Assembly: GCF_001465295.1 (NCBI RefSeq)
Contig: NZ_CP011034.1
Location: forward strand, 2,520,001-2,552,000
DNA length: 32,000 bases
From: Pseudoalteromonas translucida KMM 520
GTDB lineage: Bacteria; Pseudomonadota; Gammaproteobacteria; Enterobacterales; Alteromonadaceae
Reading direction: 5' to 3'
Part shown: piece after piece, positions 1 through 7,604 of the stretch
Numbering within the stretch: the first letter of the stretch is position 1
Layout: every line of letters starts with the position of its first letter
The notes under the pieces: generated by a model
Database searches by the model: none
Told to the model about the DNA's origin: nothing
Seen by the model: the letters and a program-made list of their open reading frames with translations, nothing else
Program-made: the position numbers and the translations under genes

Positions 1-202
1 AGATAAAAGGCTTTGAAAAAGAATCTTCTGTTGGGATCAGCCATGTTTTGTCCTCAAACTTAGAACTCGTTATTGATGAAATATCCATTTTTTCATATTT
101 TTCAGTCAGTAGAGATAACATCTCCCATTGCTTTTTACCTATATCAAAACGACTTTCGTTAGGCGCTTCAATCACAATTTCTTGTGTTTCATTTTTATAC
201 AT
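1..202 (-). CDS. hypothetical protein, N-terminal 67 codons only (runs off the window); second gene of the integrated element
   Basis: Hand translation of the minus strand gives ATG at 202 (plus-strand CAT at 200-202), open to position 1: MYKNETQEIVIEAPNESRFDIGKKQWEMLSLLTEKYEKMDISSITSSKFEDKTWLIPTEDSFSKPFI. It starts 8 nt after the TGA of the upstream 673-aa gene, and that stop lies inside a GAGG Shine-Dalgarno (tGAGGcgcaatATG). It is missing from the ORF track because no stop lies in the window. No family recognised. Confidence 0.45.
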   Translation of the reverse strand, partial: MYKNETQEIVIEAPNESRFDIGKKQWEMLSLLTEKYEKMDISSITSSKFEDKTWLIPTEDSFSKPFI

Positions 203-210
203 ATTGCGCC

Positions 211-2232
211 TCACAGTATTGGGGGTAACATTGGTTGGTCTTTTGATTCTGCAGATCTTGCTAGCACAAAACCTTGGTCTACTATAAGATCTCCATCTGG
301 GTGGTCGTTACGAAATTTTTCTAGACAATCAATAGCTATTGCTTTTCTATCGGCTATTATTTCATTAGTTGGAGAGGGCATATTTTCATATTGTAGTATT
401 CTGAAACATATCCTAGGGATATGCTCTGCAAAAACAACGCTACGCTCACAACCTAAGCAGAGGTCATAAAGTTTACACTTTCCTGCAATAGGAATATCGT
501 GTGTTGGTTTTAGAGGGTCTTTGCAATCACAAAGATATACCGGAACATTTTCTAACGACTTATCATTCGTGTGTCCAATACTCCCCTTGAACTCCAAGGC
601 TTCTTCGAACATTTTATTTGTTAAAGCAAGAACAGCACTACTGTACACAAAGTTACCAACGCCTGTTTTTAAAATATAATTACACATAGTAGTATCAAAG
701 TTATTATGATTTAGTGCGTCTCTCAACTTACGGGCGAGATCGGCGGCGTTCGACGTTGAATCAAGTAACTGCACTAAACTTGTAGCTGCATATACTTTCC
801 TGAGTTTTCTAGAATCTATATATGTTAATTGTTTTATGTTTTCGTCATAAATTGGAAATCGCTTACAGAAGGCAGCTATGTCTGAACCAATATTATTCGT
901 GCCAATAAAATATGCCGAATTGTTGTCAGAGAAAACAGATTCCCATAAATCTAACACGTCATAGATAAAAGAGTTAACGGGGACTCGTAAATCAATATTT
1001 TTAGATACTACCCCCCTCGTCTTTTTACCAGTTACTCTTAATACTGTTTGACTGAGTATTTTTTTCGCATCAACACCCAGCTCGATATCTGTGCGATTTT
1101 TCCAGTGCAACAAATCATACTGTCGCAATAGAGATGTAATCGATTGTCTATTAAAACCAGTCTGACAAATTAACAATAGAATTATAGCGGCTTCATTGGA
1201 CGGGAAAGTTAACAAATAAGTTCTTTTGAATTCAATATAACCTTCCATATCCCCTCGTTCGTAGAGAGCCGAAACATATGCCACAAAATCGTCTTTTAAC
1301 TCTTTATTAATTCCCTTTCTATCTAGCTTTTTAATTATATGCCTAAAGAAATGGTCTCTGGCGTACAATTTCTGCTTAGAAAACGGAGTATTGAATTTAA
1401 TAGACTTAGCGAACACCAAGAAATTTTGATGTAAAAGTATCAATGCCTCATTCTTTTGGGTTTTGTATAGTTCAATTATTCTATACAACGCGGAACTCTC
1501 AACCGGATTTTTGTGATTTTCAAATTCTTGTGCCGAAATAAGATAACCTCTTTCTTCTAATTCATGTTCATCAACACTTACAAGCCAACCCCAACGTTCT
1601 TTTATAAAATTAAATTGATAGGTCGCATAACCCAATAACTGCATTAAAACTGAATCGTCATAAGTGTTACTCTCGAAGATATTTTCAACATTGGCGTCGA
1701 AGCTTTTTTTATCAGTTATTTTTTTAATACTTATTGATCTTGGAAAATTAGAGGGAAAAATATAGCTTAAAGTACTCGCTTCCGTGTTCGCTAATCGCTG
1801 TTTTTTAAATTCTACTATTTTAAATTCATCAATTTCAGAGATACTGCTAATATTAAAATGTTGAATACAAAACGTAATAAATTTTGAAAGGGTGTCATAT
1901 GTAGAATTTAATTTTTTTCTGCTTGATACAGAAGATACTGCCCATTTTGAAAATAATGTTGCAGCTATTTCTCGCAAATCTCTATGCGGATCTGTTTGAT
2001 TTTCAATCATCCAAAATTTTGTAGTACTTCCTTTCATTAATAATAGGGACTCTTGCTTGCATTGCTTCGGAGTGTCATTATTTCTTTCAAACCATATTTT
2101 AACTGTGCTAAAACATTTTTCTTGTTTACAATCAACAATTATATACGGTGAATACTTTACTATCGGCTTTGCTTCTTTGCGTATTGGTCTAGCTCGGGTT
2201 TCCCCAAGTCGATTCTTTATTGTCTTTGCCAT
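211..2232 (-). CDS. atypical long tyrosine recombinase/integrase-like protein with C-terminal Cys-rich extension
   Basis: 673-aa ORF. By-eye tyrosine-recombinase boxes: TGFNRQSITSLLRQYDL (box I Arg), VTGKKTRG (Lys), SRKLRKVYAAT (box II, LR kept, flanking His replaced by R/K), and LNHNNFDTTMCNYI (compare LGHssi.tT..Y, His plus nucleophilic Tyr). A tail of about 130 aa follows, with C-x-C-x15-C-x5-C-x2-C (CDCKDPLKPTHDIPIAGKCKLYDLCLGC). The DNA is visibly AT-richer than the flanking core genes. Confidence 0.6.
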   Translation of the reverse strand: MAKTIKNRLGETRARPIRKEAKPIVKYSPYIIVDCKQEKCFSTVKIWFERNNDTPKQCKQESLLLMKGSTTKFWMIENQTDPHRDLREIAATLFSKWAVSSVSSRKKLNSTYDTLSKFITFCIQHFNISSISEIDEFKIVEFKKQRLANTEASTLSYIFPSNFPRSISIKKITDKKSFDANVENIFESNTYDDSVLMQLLGYATYQFNFIKERWGWLVSVDEHELEERGYLISAQEFENHKNPVESSALYRIIELYKTQKNEALILLHQNFLVFAKSIKFNTPFSKQKLYARDHFFRHIIKKLDRKGINKELKDDFVAYVSALYERGDMEGYIEFKRTYLLTFPSNEAAIILLLICQTGFNRQSITSLLRQYDLLHWKNRTDIELGVDAKKILSQTVLRVTGKKTRGVVSKNIDLRVPVNSFIYDVLDLWESVFSDNNSAYFIGTNNIGSDIAAFCKRFPIYDENIKQLTYIDSRKLRKVYAATSLVQLLDSTSNAADLARKLRDALNHNNFDTTMCNYILKTGVGNFVYSSAVLALTNKMFEEALEFKGSIGHTNDKSLENVPVYLCDCKDPLKPTHDIPIAGKCKLYDLCLGCERSVVFAEHIPRICFRILQYENMPSPTNEIIADRKAIAIDCLEKFRNDHPDGDLIVDQGFVLARSAESKDQPMLPPIL

Positions 2233-2331
2233 CTGCTTTTTTCATTGTGGGTTATAGTAAAAAGATAAATATCATAAAAGAACTAATATCTTCCAATAGT
2301 AGCCTATTTTGAATATTTACGTATTTTTAAG

Positions 2332-2724
2332 CACTACCCGCAAATTCAAATGCAGGCCTCGGTTACTGGCATTAATACCATTAGGCATTACAACCCAATA
2401 AAGCAGTCGGAAGATCAAGACCCAACAGGCGCGTTTATTAAAAAGTGGTGCCCCGAACTTGAAAAACTCCCTATTGAATATTTACACCAGCCTTGGCAAC
2501 AAACGCCAATGGAAGCGCTATTTAACGACTTTAAATTAGGAGAGGATTACCCCGAACCCATGCTTAATTTAACCACAGCCTCAAAAGCAGCGCGCGAGCG
2601 TTTATGGCAATTCCGCGAGCGAGCAGATGTTAAACGCGCCACAGGGAGTATTCTTAAAAAGCACGTTGGCGTTACTCGCACTACAACTAAAGTAAAAAAT
2701 AAAACCACTAACGATGGCTCATAA
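2332..2724 (+). pseudogene. 3' remnant (about 130 codons) of a cryptochrome/photolyase-family (FAD-binding domain) gene
   Basis: The translation ..[60 protein letters not shown] matches the conserved C-terminal block of photolyases (E. coli Phr: WQWAASTG..FRIFNPTTQGEKFD..GEFIRQWLPEL..HEPW..DYPQPIV). Full-length members exceed 430 aa. Here the frame opens only at 2332, and a divergent recombinase gene starts at 2232. Confidence 0.75.
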
Positions 2725-2848
2725 AAAACTAAACTTACCTCAAAAAACATGCCCCATTTGCAATAAACATTTTACGTGGCGTAAAAAATGGCAACGCGAC
2801 TGGGACAATGTTATTTACTGCTCAAAGCGCTGTAAGTGCAACACCTAA
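2714..2848 (+). CDS. DUF2256-type small zinc-ribbon protein
   Basis: Hand-translated 44-aa ORF (below the ORF-track cutoff): [44 protein letters not shown]. The CxxC...F.WRKKW...YCSxxC pattern is typical of DUF2256, a family commonly encoded beside photolyase-related genes. It overlaps the photolyase remnant by 11 nt. Confidence 0.7.
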   Translation: MAHKKLNLPQKTCPICNKHFTWRKKWQRDWDNVIYCSKRCKCNT

Positions 2849-2972
2849 TAATAGCTGGCTCTCATCTTGCATTAACCTTATAAATACAACGCTTTTTAGC
2901 TATATTGTGATTATTTTTGCAAATAACACTCACCTAGTATGAAAAGCTTACCGCCAATGCAATAAGGAGAAG

Positions 2973-3404
2973 ATGATGACAATTAAAAAATCTGCAAACT
3001 CAAAATGGTCTGGTGATATTAAAACAGGTAAAGGGAGTATTTCTACGCAAAGTGGCGCGCTTAATAATCAACCCTACGGATTTAATACTCGCTTTGAAGA
3101 CAAGTCCGGCTCAAACCCTGAAGAATTAGTAGCTGCCGCGCACAGTGCGTGCTTTAGTATGGCGTTATCGCTAGCATTAGGTGAAGCAGGATTTACCGCC
3201 GACAACATTGATACCAAAGCAGTAGTTAGCTTAGATGAAGTAGACGATGGTTTTGCTGTTACGCATATTGCGCTTGAAGTTAATGCTAAAATTGCCGATA
3301 TTGCAAACGAGCAATTTCAAGCATTATGCGAACAAACCAAAAAAGGCTGCCCTATTTCTAAACTAATGAATGCTGAAATATCACTCAAAGCAAACTTGCT
3401 TTAA
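2973..3404 (+). CDS. osmC: OsmC family peroxiredoxin (osmotically inducible protein C)
   Basis: 143 aa. ...GSISTQSGALNNQPYGFNTRFEDKSGSNPEELVAAAHSACFSMALS...TKKGCPISK carries the two conserved OsmC cysteines. AAGGAG lies upstream. The second ATG at 2976 has the better SD spacing. Confidence 0.85.
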   Translation: MMTIKKSANSKWSGDIKTGKGSISTQSGALNNQPYGFNTRFEDKSGSNPEELVAAAHSACFSMALSLALGEAGFTADNIDTKAVVSLDEVDDGFAVTHIALEVNAKIADIANEQFQALCEQTKKGCPISKLMNAEISLKANLL

Positions 3405-3424
3405 AGCCCTTGATCTTGCTTGCT

Positions 3425-3460
3425 AATAATTACATAAATAATTACATGAATAATTACACC
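3425..3460. repeat. 12-bp tandem repeat x3 (core AATAATTACA)
   Basis: Perfect 10-nt core AATAATTACA at 3425, 3437 and 3449, with 2-nt spacers TA/TG/CC. It lies directly after the osmC stop and before the terminator hairpin. Confidence 0.8.
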
Positions 3461-3463
3461 AGC

Positions 3464-3490
3464 AGGCCAAGCATTATGCTTGGCCTATTT
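3464..3490 (+). terminator. rho-independent terminator candidate for osmC
   Basis: Hairpin AGGCCAAGCA-tta-TGCTTGGCCT followed by ATTT. Confidence 0.6.
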
Positions 3491-3789
3491 CCTAGTTAAT
3501 TACCTTATTTATTAACCTTTTGATTAATTGAACAATTAACTCATTAAAGTAGTAATACCTTTTCGTATTTTTCTTATGTTTTGCGGAGTTATAATTGATA
3601 TAAGGTAGATTTACTTAAATAAAAATGATCTTTCTAATACTGAGTAAATTTGTTACTTTTTATTAAAGCTATTTTTGAATAATCTTCGTATATAGCAATT
3701 TTTATTACGCAGCCAAGGCTCCACCAGCTCTTCTATAGATGAAAGCGTAGCACAGTAATTACCCCCTCTAAATTGAAAGGACTATAACA

Positions 3790-4563
3790 ATGGATGACAA
3801 AGCAAAAAATTGTGAAAGGGTCTCATGTAGTAATTGCGCAGATTTAGATGAGCTCGGATTTGATTTTACTATGGCTTTCCAACCTATTATTAATTGTAAA
3901 ACCCAAAGTATTTACGGTTATGAAGCACTGGTTAGAGGGCTAAATAATGAGTCGGCTTATTCTATTATTTCTAAAATCACAGTCGATAATCGCTATACGT
4001 TTGATCAACTGTGCCGTATAAAAGCCATTGCATTAGCGGCAAAATTAAAAATAGACTCCATTTTAAGTATAAACTTTCTTCCTAATGCTATTTATAAACC
4101 TGAGCGTTGTATTCGCACTACATTAGAAGCCGCTGAAAAGTATAACTTCCCGACAAAAAACATTTTATTTGAATTTACCGAAGTTGAAAAAATTGAAGAT
4201 ACCGCTCATGTAAAACGCGTTGTTGACTATTATCAGTCTCTTGGGTTTAAAACAGCCACTGATGATTTTGGTTCGGGTTATTCTGGCTTAAATTTATTAG
4301 CCGATTTTCAAACCGATATTATTAAGCTTGATATGGCACTTATACGCGATATAGATAAAGATGCAAAACGCCAAATAATTGTAGATCATTGCTTAAATAT
4401 GTTTCGCGATTTGGGTGTTATAACATTGGCCGAAGGCATTGAAACATTAGAAGAATATACATGGCTTAAAAGTGCGGGTATTGAGCTTATGCAGGGGTAT
4501 TTATTTGCTAAACCGGGATTTGAAAGCTTACCAGATGTAAACTTTGCTGACTTAAATTGCTAA
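3790..4563 (+). CDS. stand-alone EAL-domain protein (putative c-di-GMP phosphodiesterase)
   Basis: 257 aa with the full set of EAL catalytic motifs: YEALVRG, NFLPN, EFTE, DDFGSGYSGL, KLDMALIR, AEGIET, QGYLFAKP. It also has a short N-terminal Cys cluster, C-x4-C-x2-C (CERVSCSNC). Confidence 0.85.
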   Translation: MDDKAKNCERVSCSNCADLDELGFDFTMAFQPIINCKTQSIYGYEALVRGLNNESAYSIISKITVDNRYTFDQLCRIKAIALAAKLKIDSILSINFLPNAIYKPERCIRTTLEAAEKYNFPTKNILFEFTEVEKIEDTAHVKRVVDYYQSLGFKTATDDFGSGYSGLNLLADFQTDIIKLDMALIRDIDKDAKRQIIVDHCLNMFRDLGVITLAEGIETLEEYTWLKSAGIELMQGYLFAKPGFESLPDVNFADLNC

Positions 4564-4595
4564 CTTAAATTACTGACTTAAGTTAGTAATTTAAG

Positions 4596-4630
4596 TACCG
4601 GCTAATATTTATATTTAGCCGGTATTTTTA
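4596..4630 (+). terminator. rho-independent terminator for the EAL gene
   Basis: TACCGGCTAA-(9 nt)-TTAGCCGGTA followed by TTTTTA. A second 11-bp-stem hairpin precedes it at 4564-4595 (CTTAAATTACT...AGTAATTTAAG). Confidence 0.7.
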
Positions 4631-4658
4631 TGCTCCTTTTATACTAAGGAGAGTAAAG

Positions 4659-6164
4659 TTACATATTACCTAGCTCTATCATCATCGCAGTGTACATGCG
4701 CAAGTTAAGTTTAAGCTGCTCAAGGGTAATAAACTCATGCTCAGAGTGTCCGGTGTAACGCTTACCTGGCATTGATGGGCCAAACGATACCGCATTATCA
4801 AATAACTTAGCGTTAGTACCGCCACCAATAGAGACAAAACCGGCTTGTTGATCACCCGTAAAATGCTTAAAAATATCAAGTAATTTTTGCGCATGCGGCG
4901 CGCCATCAAGTAGCATAGGCGTACCAATAATGGTTTTAACATCACTTAGTGTTACATTATTAGTGGCTTGCCATTTTGCTAGTGCAGTGTCTATTTGCTG
5001 CTTTAACACCAGCTCTTCTTTGCCCATAGGACGGCGCGCATTTACACTAAGCGTTAGTGCATTTCCCTCTCGCTCTATCACCGTAGGCGCCACTGTCATT
5101 GGCCCCATAAAATCATGCTCATAGGCAATATCGCCAAACTGTTTGCCATGAATATCTAAACCAATTAGCTGATTTATATAGTTAATTAACTGCCCATCAC
5201 TGTTATTTTCAAGCGTTTGGCCTTTAAATATTTCGGCTAAATAAGCAATTGCATTAACACCCGACTCTGGCTCTGATGAATGCGCCGACACGCCTTTTAC
5301 ACTAATTGCGACAGCAGTATTGTCTTGCTGAGTAAAGCTAAACTCTACTTGCTTAAGCGTACTGGCTTTGGCTTTTAATTGAGTAAGTAACTTAGCATCA
5401 GCATTATGCAGCACTAGGCTAGCGTCTTCAGGTATTTGGCTTACAAATGCACCACCTGCAACATCGCTAACATAAGCACCTGTTTTTGCTGAGGTAGCAT
5501 TGAACGTTGGCGCAATTAAACTCCAACCTTTTTCGGCCACTACTACCGGGTATGACGCATCTATTGTTACTGCGTACTTTGGCTGCTCATAGGTTTTCAT
5601 AAACTCAGTAAGCGGCCCCCAGTCAGACTCCTCGGCCAAATAAATCATCAGTTCAATGCGGTTATTAAGCGTTATGCCTTTATCTTTAATGGCCTTCATG
5701 GCGTAAAGCGCGGTGGCAATTGCGCCTTTATCGTCCTCTGTACCGCGGCCAATTAAGCGCCCTGGCTCTGATGTTGTATCAATAATAAATGGGCTTTGCT
5801 GCCACTTACTCGCATTAGCTGGTTGCACGTCGCCGTGTGTTACTACGGTTACTTTATCGCTTTGTTCCCCAAGTCCAATTAATACTGTGTAGCCTAAATC
5901 CTGATAATCTAAACCCAGCTCGGCCGCTTTCATTTTTAGTAAGGCTTTAAAACCAATAAAATCAGGATTTTGTGGTGCGCTAATATCGCTTTTATTCACA
6001 GTAGGAAATGATACTAGATTAGTTAGTGTATGTACCTGTGCGCTTTGGTAGGTATTTACGGCATAATCGGCAACACTATCAATATTTTTATTTAACTGTG
6101 CTTGGGCACTAAAGGCAAATAATGCAACACTGGCTAACGCTAACTTTTTCAAAACATTTCCCAT
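4659..6164 (-). CDS. secreted M20-family (PepV/Sapep-like) metallodipeptidase
   Basis: 501 aa. N-terminal signal peptide (MGNVLKKLALASVALFAFSAQA). M20 motifs THGDVQPA...W..PF and GRGTEDDKGAIATALYAMKA. Confidence 0.8.
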   Translation of the reverse strand: MGNVLKKLALASVALFAFSAQAQLNKNIDSVADYAVNTYQSAQVHTLTNLVSFPTVNKSDISAPQNPDFIGFKALLKMKAAELGLDYQDLGYTVLIGLGEQSDKVTVVTHGDVQPANASKWQQSPFIIDTTSEPGRLIGRGTEDDKGAIATALYAMKAIKDKGITLNNRIELMIYLAEESDWGPLTEFMKTYEQPKYAVTIDASYPVVVAEKGWSLIAPTFNATSAKTGAYVSDVAGGAFVSQIPEDASLVLHNADAKLLTQLKAKASTLKQVEFSFTQQDNTAVAISVKGVSAHSSEPESGVNAIAYLAEIFKGQTLENNSDGQLINYINQLIGLDIHGKQFGDIAYEHDFMGPMTVAPTVIEREGNALTLSVNARRPMGKEELVLKQQIDTALAKWQATNNVTLSDVKTIIGTPMLLDGAPHAQKLLDIFKHFTGDQQAGFVSIGGGTNAKLFDNAVSFGPSMPGKRYTGHSEHEFITLEQLKLNLRMYTAMMIELGNM

Positions 6165-6327
6165 TTAATTAATCACTAAGAAACATAATTATAACCTTGT
6201 GCACCTCACACAAACAGCGCTTTGCGGTAAAGTCACATAACAACCAGTGCAATTAGTTAAATATTTATATAGTTGCTTTTATACTTGGTGCTATATAATG
6301 CGCGCCTTAAAATTATGAGTATTAAAC

Positions 6328-6498
6328 ATGAACCGTCGCAAAAAAATCGTTACTAAATTTCAAAAGAAAGACAAGCGCACCAATGCCAAATTATATAAAA
6401 GTAAAAAGCCAGGTTATGTATCAAAAGCTGAGCGCGAAAAACTTGCTGCGCAAGAAGTAGAGCAAGTAAGTATTGAGCCAAATTTAGAACAAGAATAA
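6328..6498 (+). CDS. small lysine/arginine-rich hypothetical protein (56 aa)
   Basis: Hand-translated: MNRRKKIVTKFQKKDKRTNAKLYKSKKPGYVSKAEREKLAAQEVEQVSIEPNLEQE. A TATAAT-like box sits at 6294-6299, and a perfect palindrome follows directly. Below the ORF-track size cutoff. Confidence 0.5.
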   Translation: MNRRKKIVTKFQKKDKRTNAKLYKSKKPGYVSKAEREKLAAQEVEQVSIEPNLEQE

Positions 6499-6520
6499 GC
6501 GCTATTAATAGCGCTTATTT
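6495..6520. terminator. bidirectional terminator candidate between convergent genes
   Basis: Perfect 24-nt palindrome ATAAGCGCTATT/AATAGCGCTTAT (6495-6518) with T/A-rich flanks. It lies between the small basic ORF (+) and the TehA-like gene (-). Confidence 0.5.
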
Positions 6521-6527
6521 AATCAGC

Positions 6528-7484
6528 TTATTTAGCCTTAAAAGGGCTGAAGTGGTACAGGTAACGGGTAGCAACATAACCCACTACTGCTGTAGCAACA
6601 ATTAATTCTAATACCGCTAAGCTATGTATTTGCTCAATGTATTGAGTATCTACTTGTTTGATTAGCATCCAAGAAGACATTTTAAATAAAGCGGTTGCAC
6701 CAATTACCATCGGAAACGTAAAAGCAGCGTATCCTGGGCAAAATGGACGACGTAGTAGTTTAAAAAAAGCCACATAAATAATAAATGTCATCAATACGGC
6801 TATCCCAAATAGTAGACCTACAATTATTGGTGATGGGTTAGTTACTATAGTGAAATACCCAGCTAACGATAAGCTTGCCGGCGCTGCTAAAATAGCGAGG
6901 GTTGGCTGAGCCGCATCGGGTATTTGTTTAGCAAATATTATACGGTAAATCATCATAGGTAGCATGATGGCGTATATTATCATGCCAAAAATAAGGGCAC
7001 CTTCTGCCAACCAAGCCAATGCAGGGTTACCTGAAAAAGCGACATCGGCAACAATAATGCCTACAGGTGGTACAAACCAGCTAGGTACCATATGTTCAAT
7101 TTTAAAGTCGCGAGCACGATGCCCTACAAAGCTAATAAAAAAGCTTAAGTGTAACAAAAAGGCTAGTACCCACAATGCATCTCCTGCAATCGCATTTAGC
7201 TGCCCTAAAGAGTTAGAAACAACCATGGTAGCCATAGCAAAGGTAGGTACTACACTGCCCACTACCGGATGTGCTAAATCAGCTTTTAATAAATTAGGGT
7301 GTAATATAAATTTTATGCTCAATAGTACTAACAGCACACTGGCCAAAGCAGCGCCAACGTACTGGCTATAACCATTAAAATTAATGAAGCTTTCCCATGC
7401 CCAACCAAGGCTTGCAATACCTAGTGCTAATCCGCTCATCGGGGTCGGTGCCGCCATTACTTTTGTTTTAATACGATTAAACAT
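6528..7484 (-). CDS. TDT family transporter (TehA/SLAC1-like anion channel or tellurite-resistance family)
   Basis: 318 aa with about 10 TM segments. The pattern resembles TehA-like proteins (HP..VG...PTF.M, PSWFVPPVGIIV, PTLAILAAPASL, FTFPM). A divergent LysR gene is adjacent. Confidence 0.7.
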   Translation of the reverse strand: MFNRIKTKVMAAPTPMSGLALGIASLGWAWESFINFNGYSQYVGAALASVLLVLLSIKFILHPNLLKADLAHPVVGSVVPTFAMATMVVSNSLGQLNAIAGDALWVLAFLLHLSFFISFVGHRARDFKIEHMVPSWFVPPVGIIVADVAFSGNPALAWLAEGALIFGMIIYAIMLPMMIYRIIFAKQIPDAAQPTLAILAAPASLSLAGYFTIVTNPSPIIVGLLFGIAVLMTFIIYVAFFKLLRRPFCPGYAAFTFPMVIGATALFKMSSWMLIKQVDTQYIEQIHSLAVLELIVATAVVGYVATRYLYHFSPFKAK

Positions 7485-7604
7485 GATTCAATTCCAAATT
7501 ACTCTGCTTTATTTAGGTGAAGTATAGGCTTGCATTACGTTAAGTTAAATATGATTATATAGAACACCCGTTCAATAAAACTAAACACTTATGGCTTCAT
7601 ATAT

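Larger units (their letters stand above)
1..2331. mobile_element. right-hand terminus of an integrated genomic island or integrative element (partial; continues left of the window)
   Basis: Two co-directional genes in AT-rich DNA (hand-sampled lines are roughly 27-37% G+C), the first recombinase-like. They abut a 5'-truncated photolyase-family gene whose frame is closed by TAA at 2329-2331. The exact att boundary cannot be set without the other end. Confidence 0.5.

Noticed and set aside
48-469. Plus-strand ORFs 48..287 and 128..469 from the ORF track
   Set aside because: They overlap the 3' end of the 673-aa minus-strand gene and the coupled minus-strand ORF starting at 202. The sequences are low-complexity and hydrophobic, as is typical of antisense shadow frames in AT-rich DNA. 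Neither has an SD.
6964-7371. Antisense ORFs inside well-supported genes: 6964..7371, 19456..19782, 24873..25298, 27398..27700, 15271..15531 and 31666..31899
   Set aside because: Each lies entirely within, and opposite to, a gene with clear family motifs (TehA-like, SMR, Y1 transposase, metH, DUF1501, ettA). Their compositions are shadow-frame-like. 31666..31899 is the reverse frame of the unmistakable ettA 5' end.
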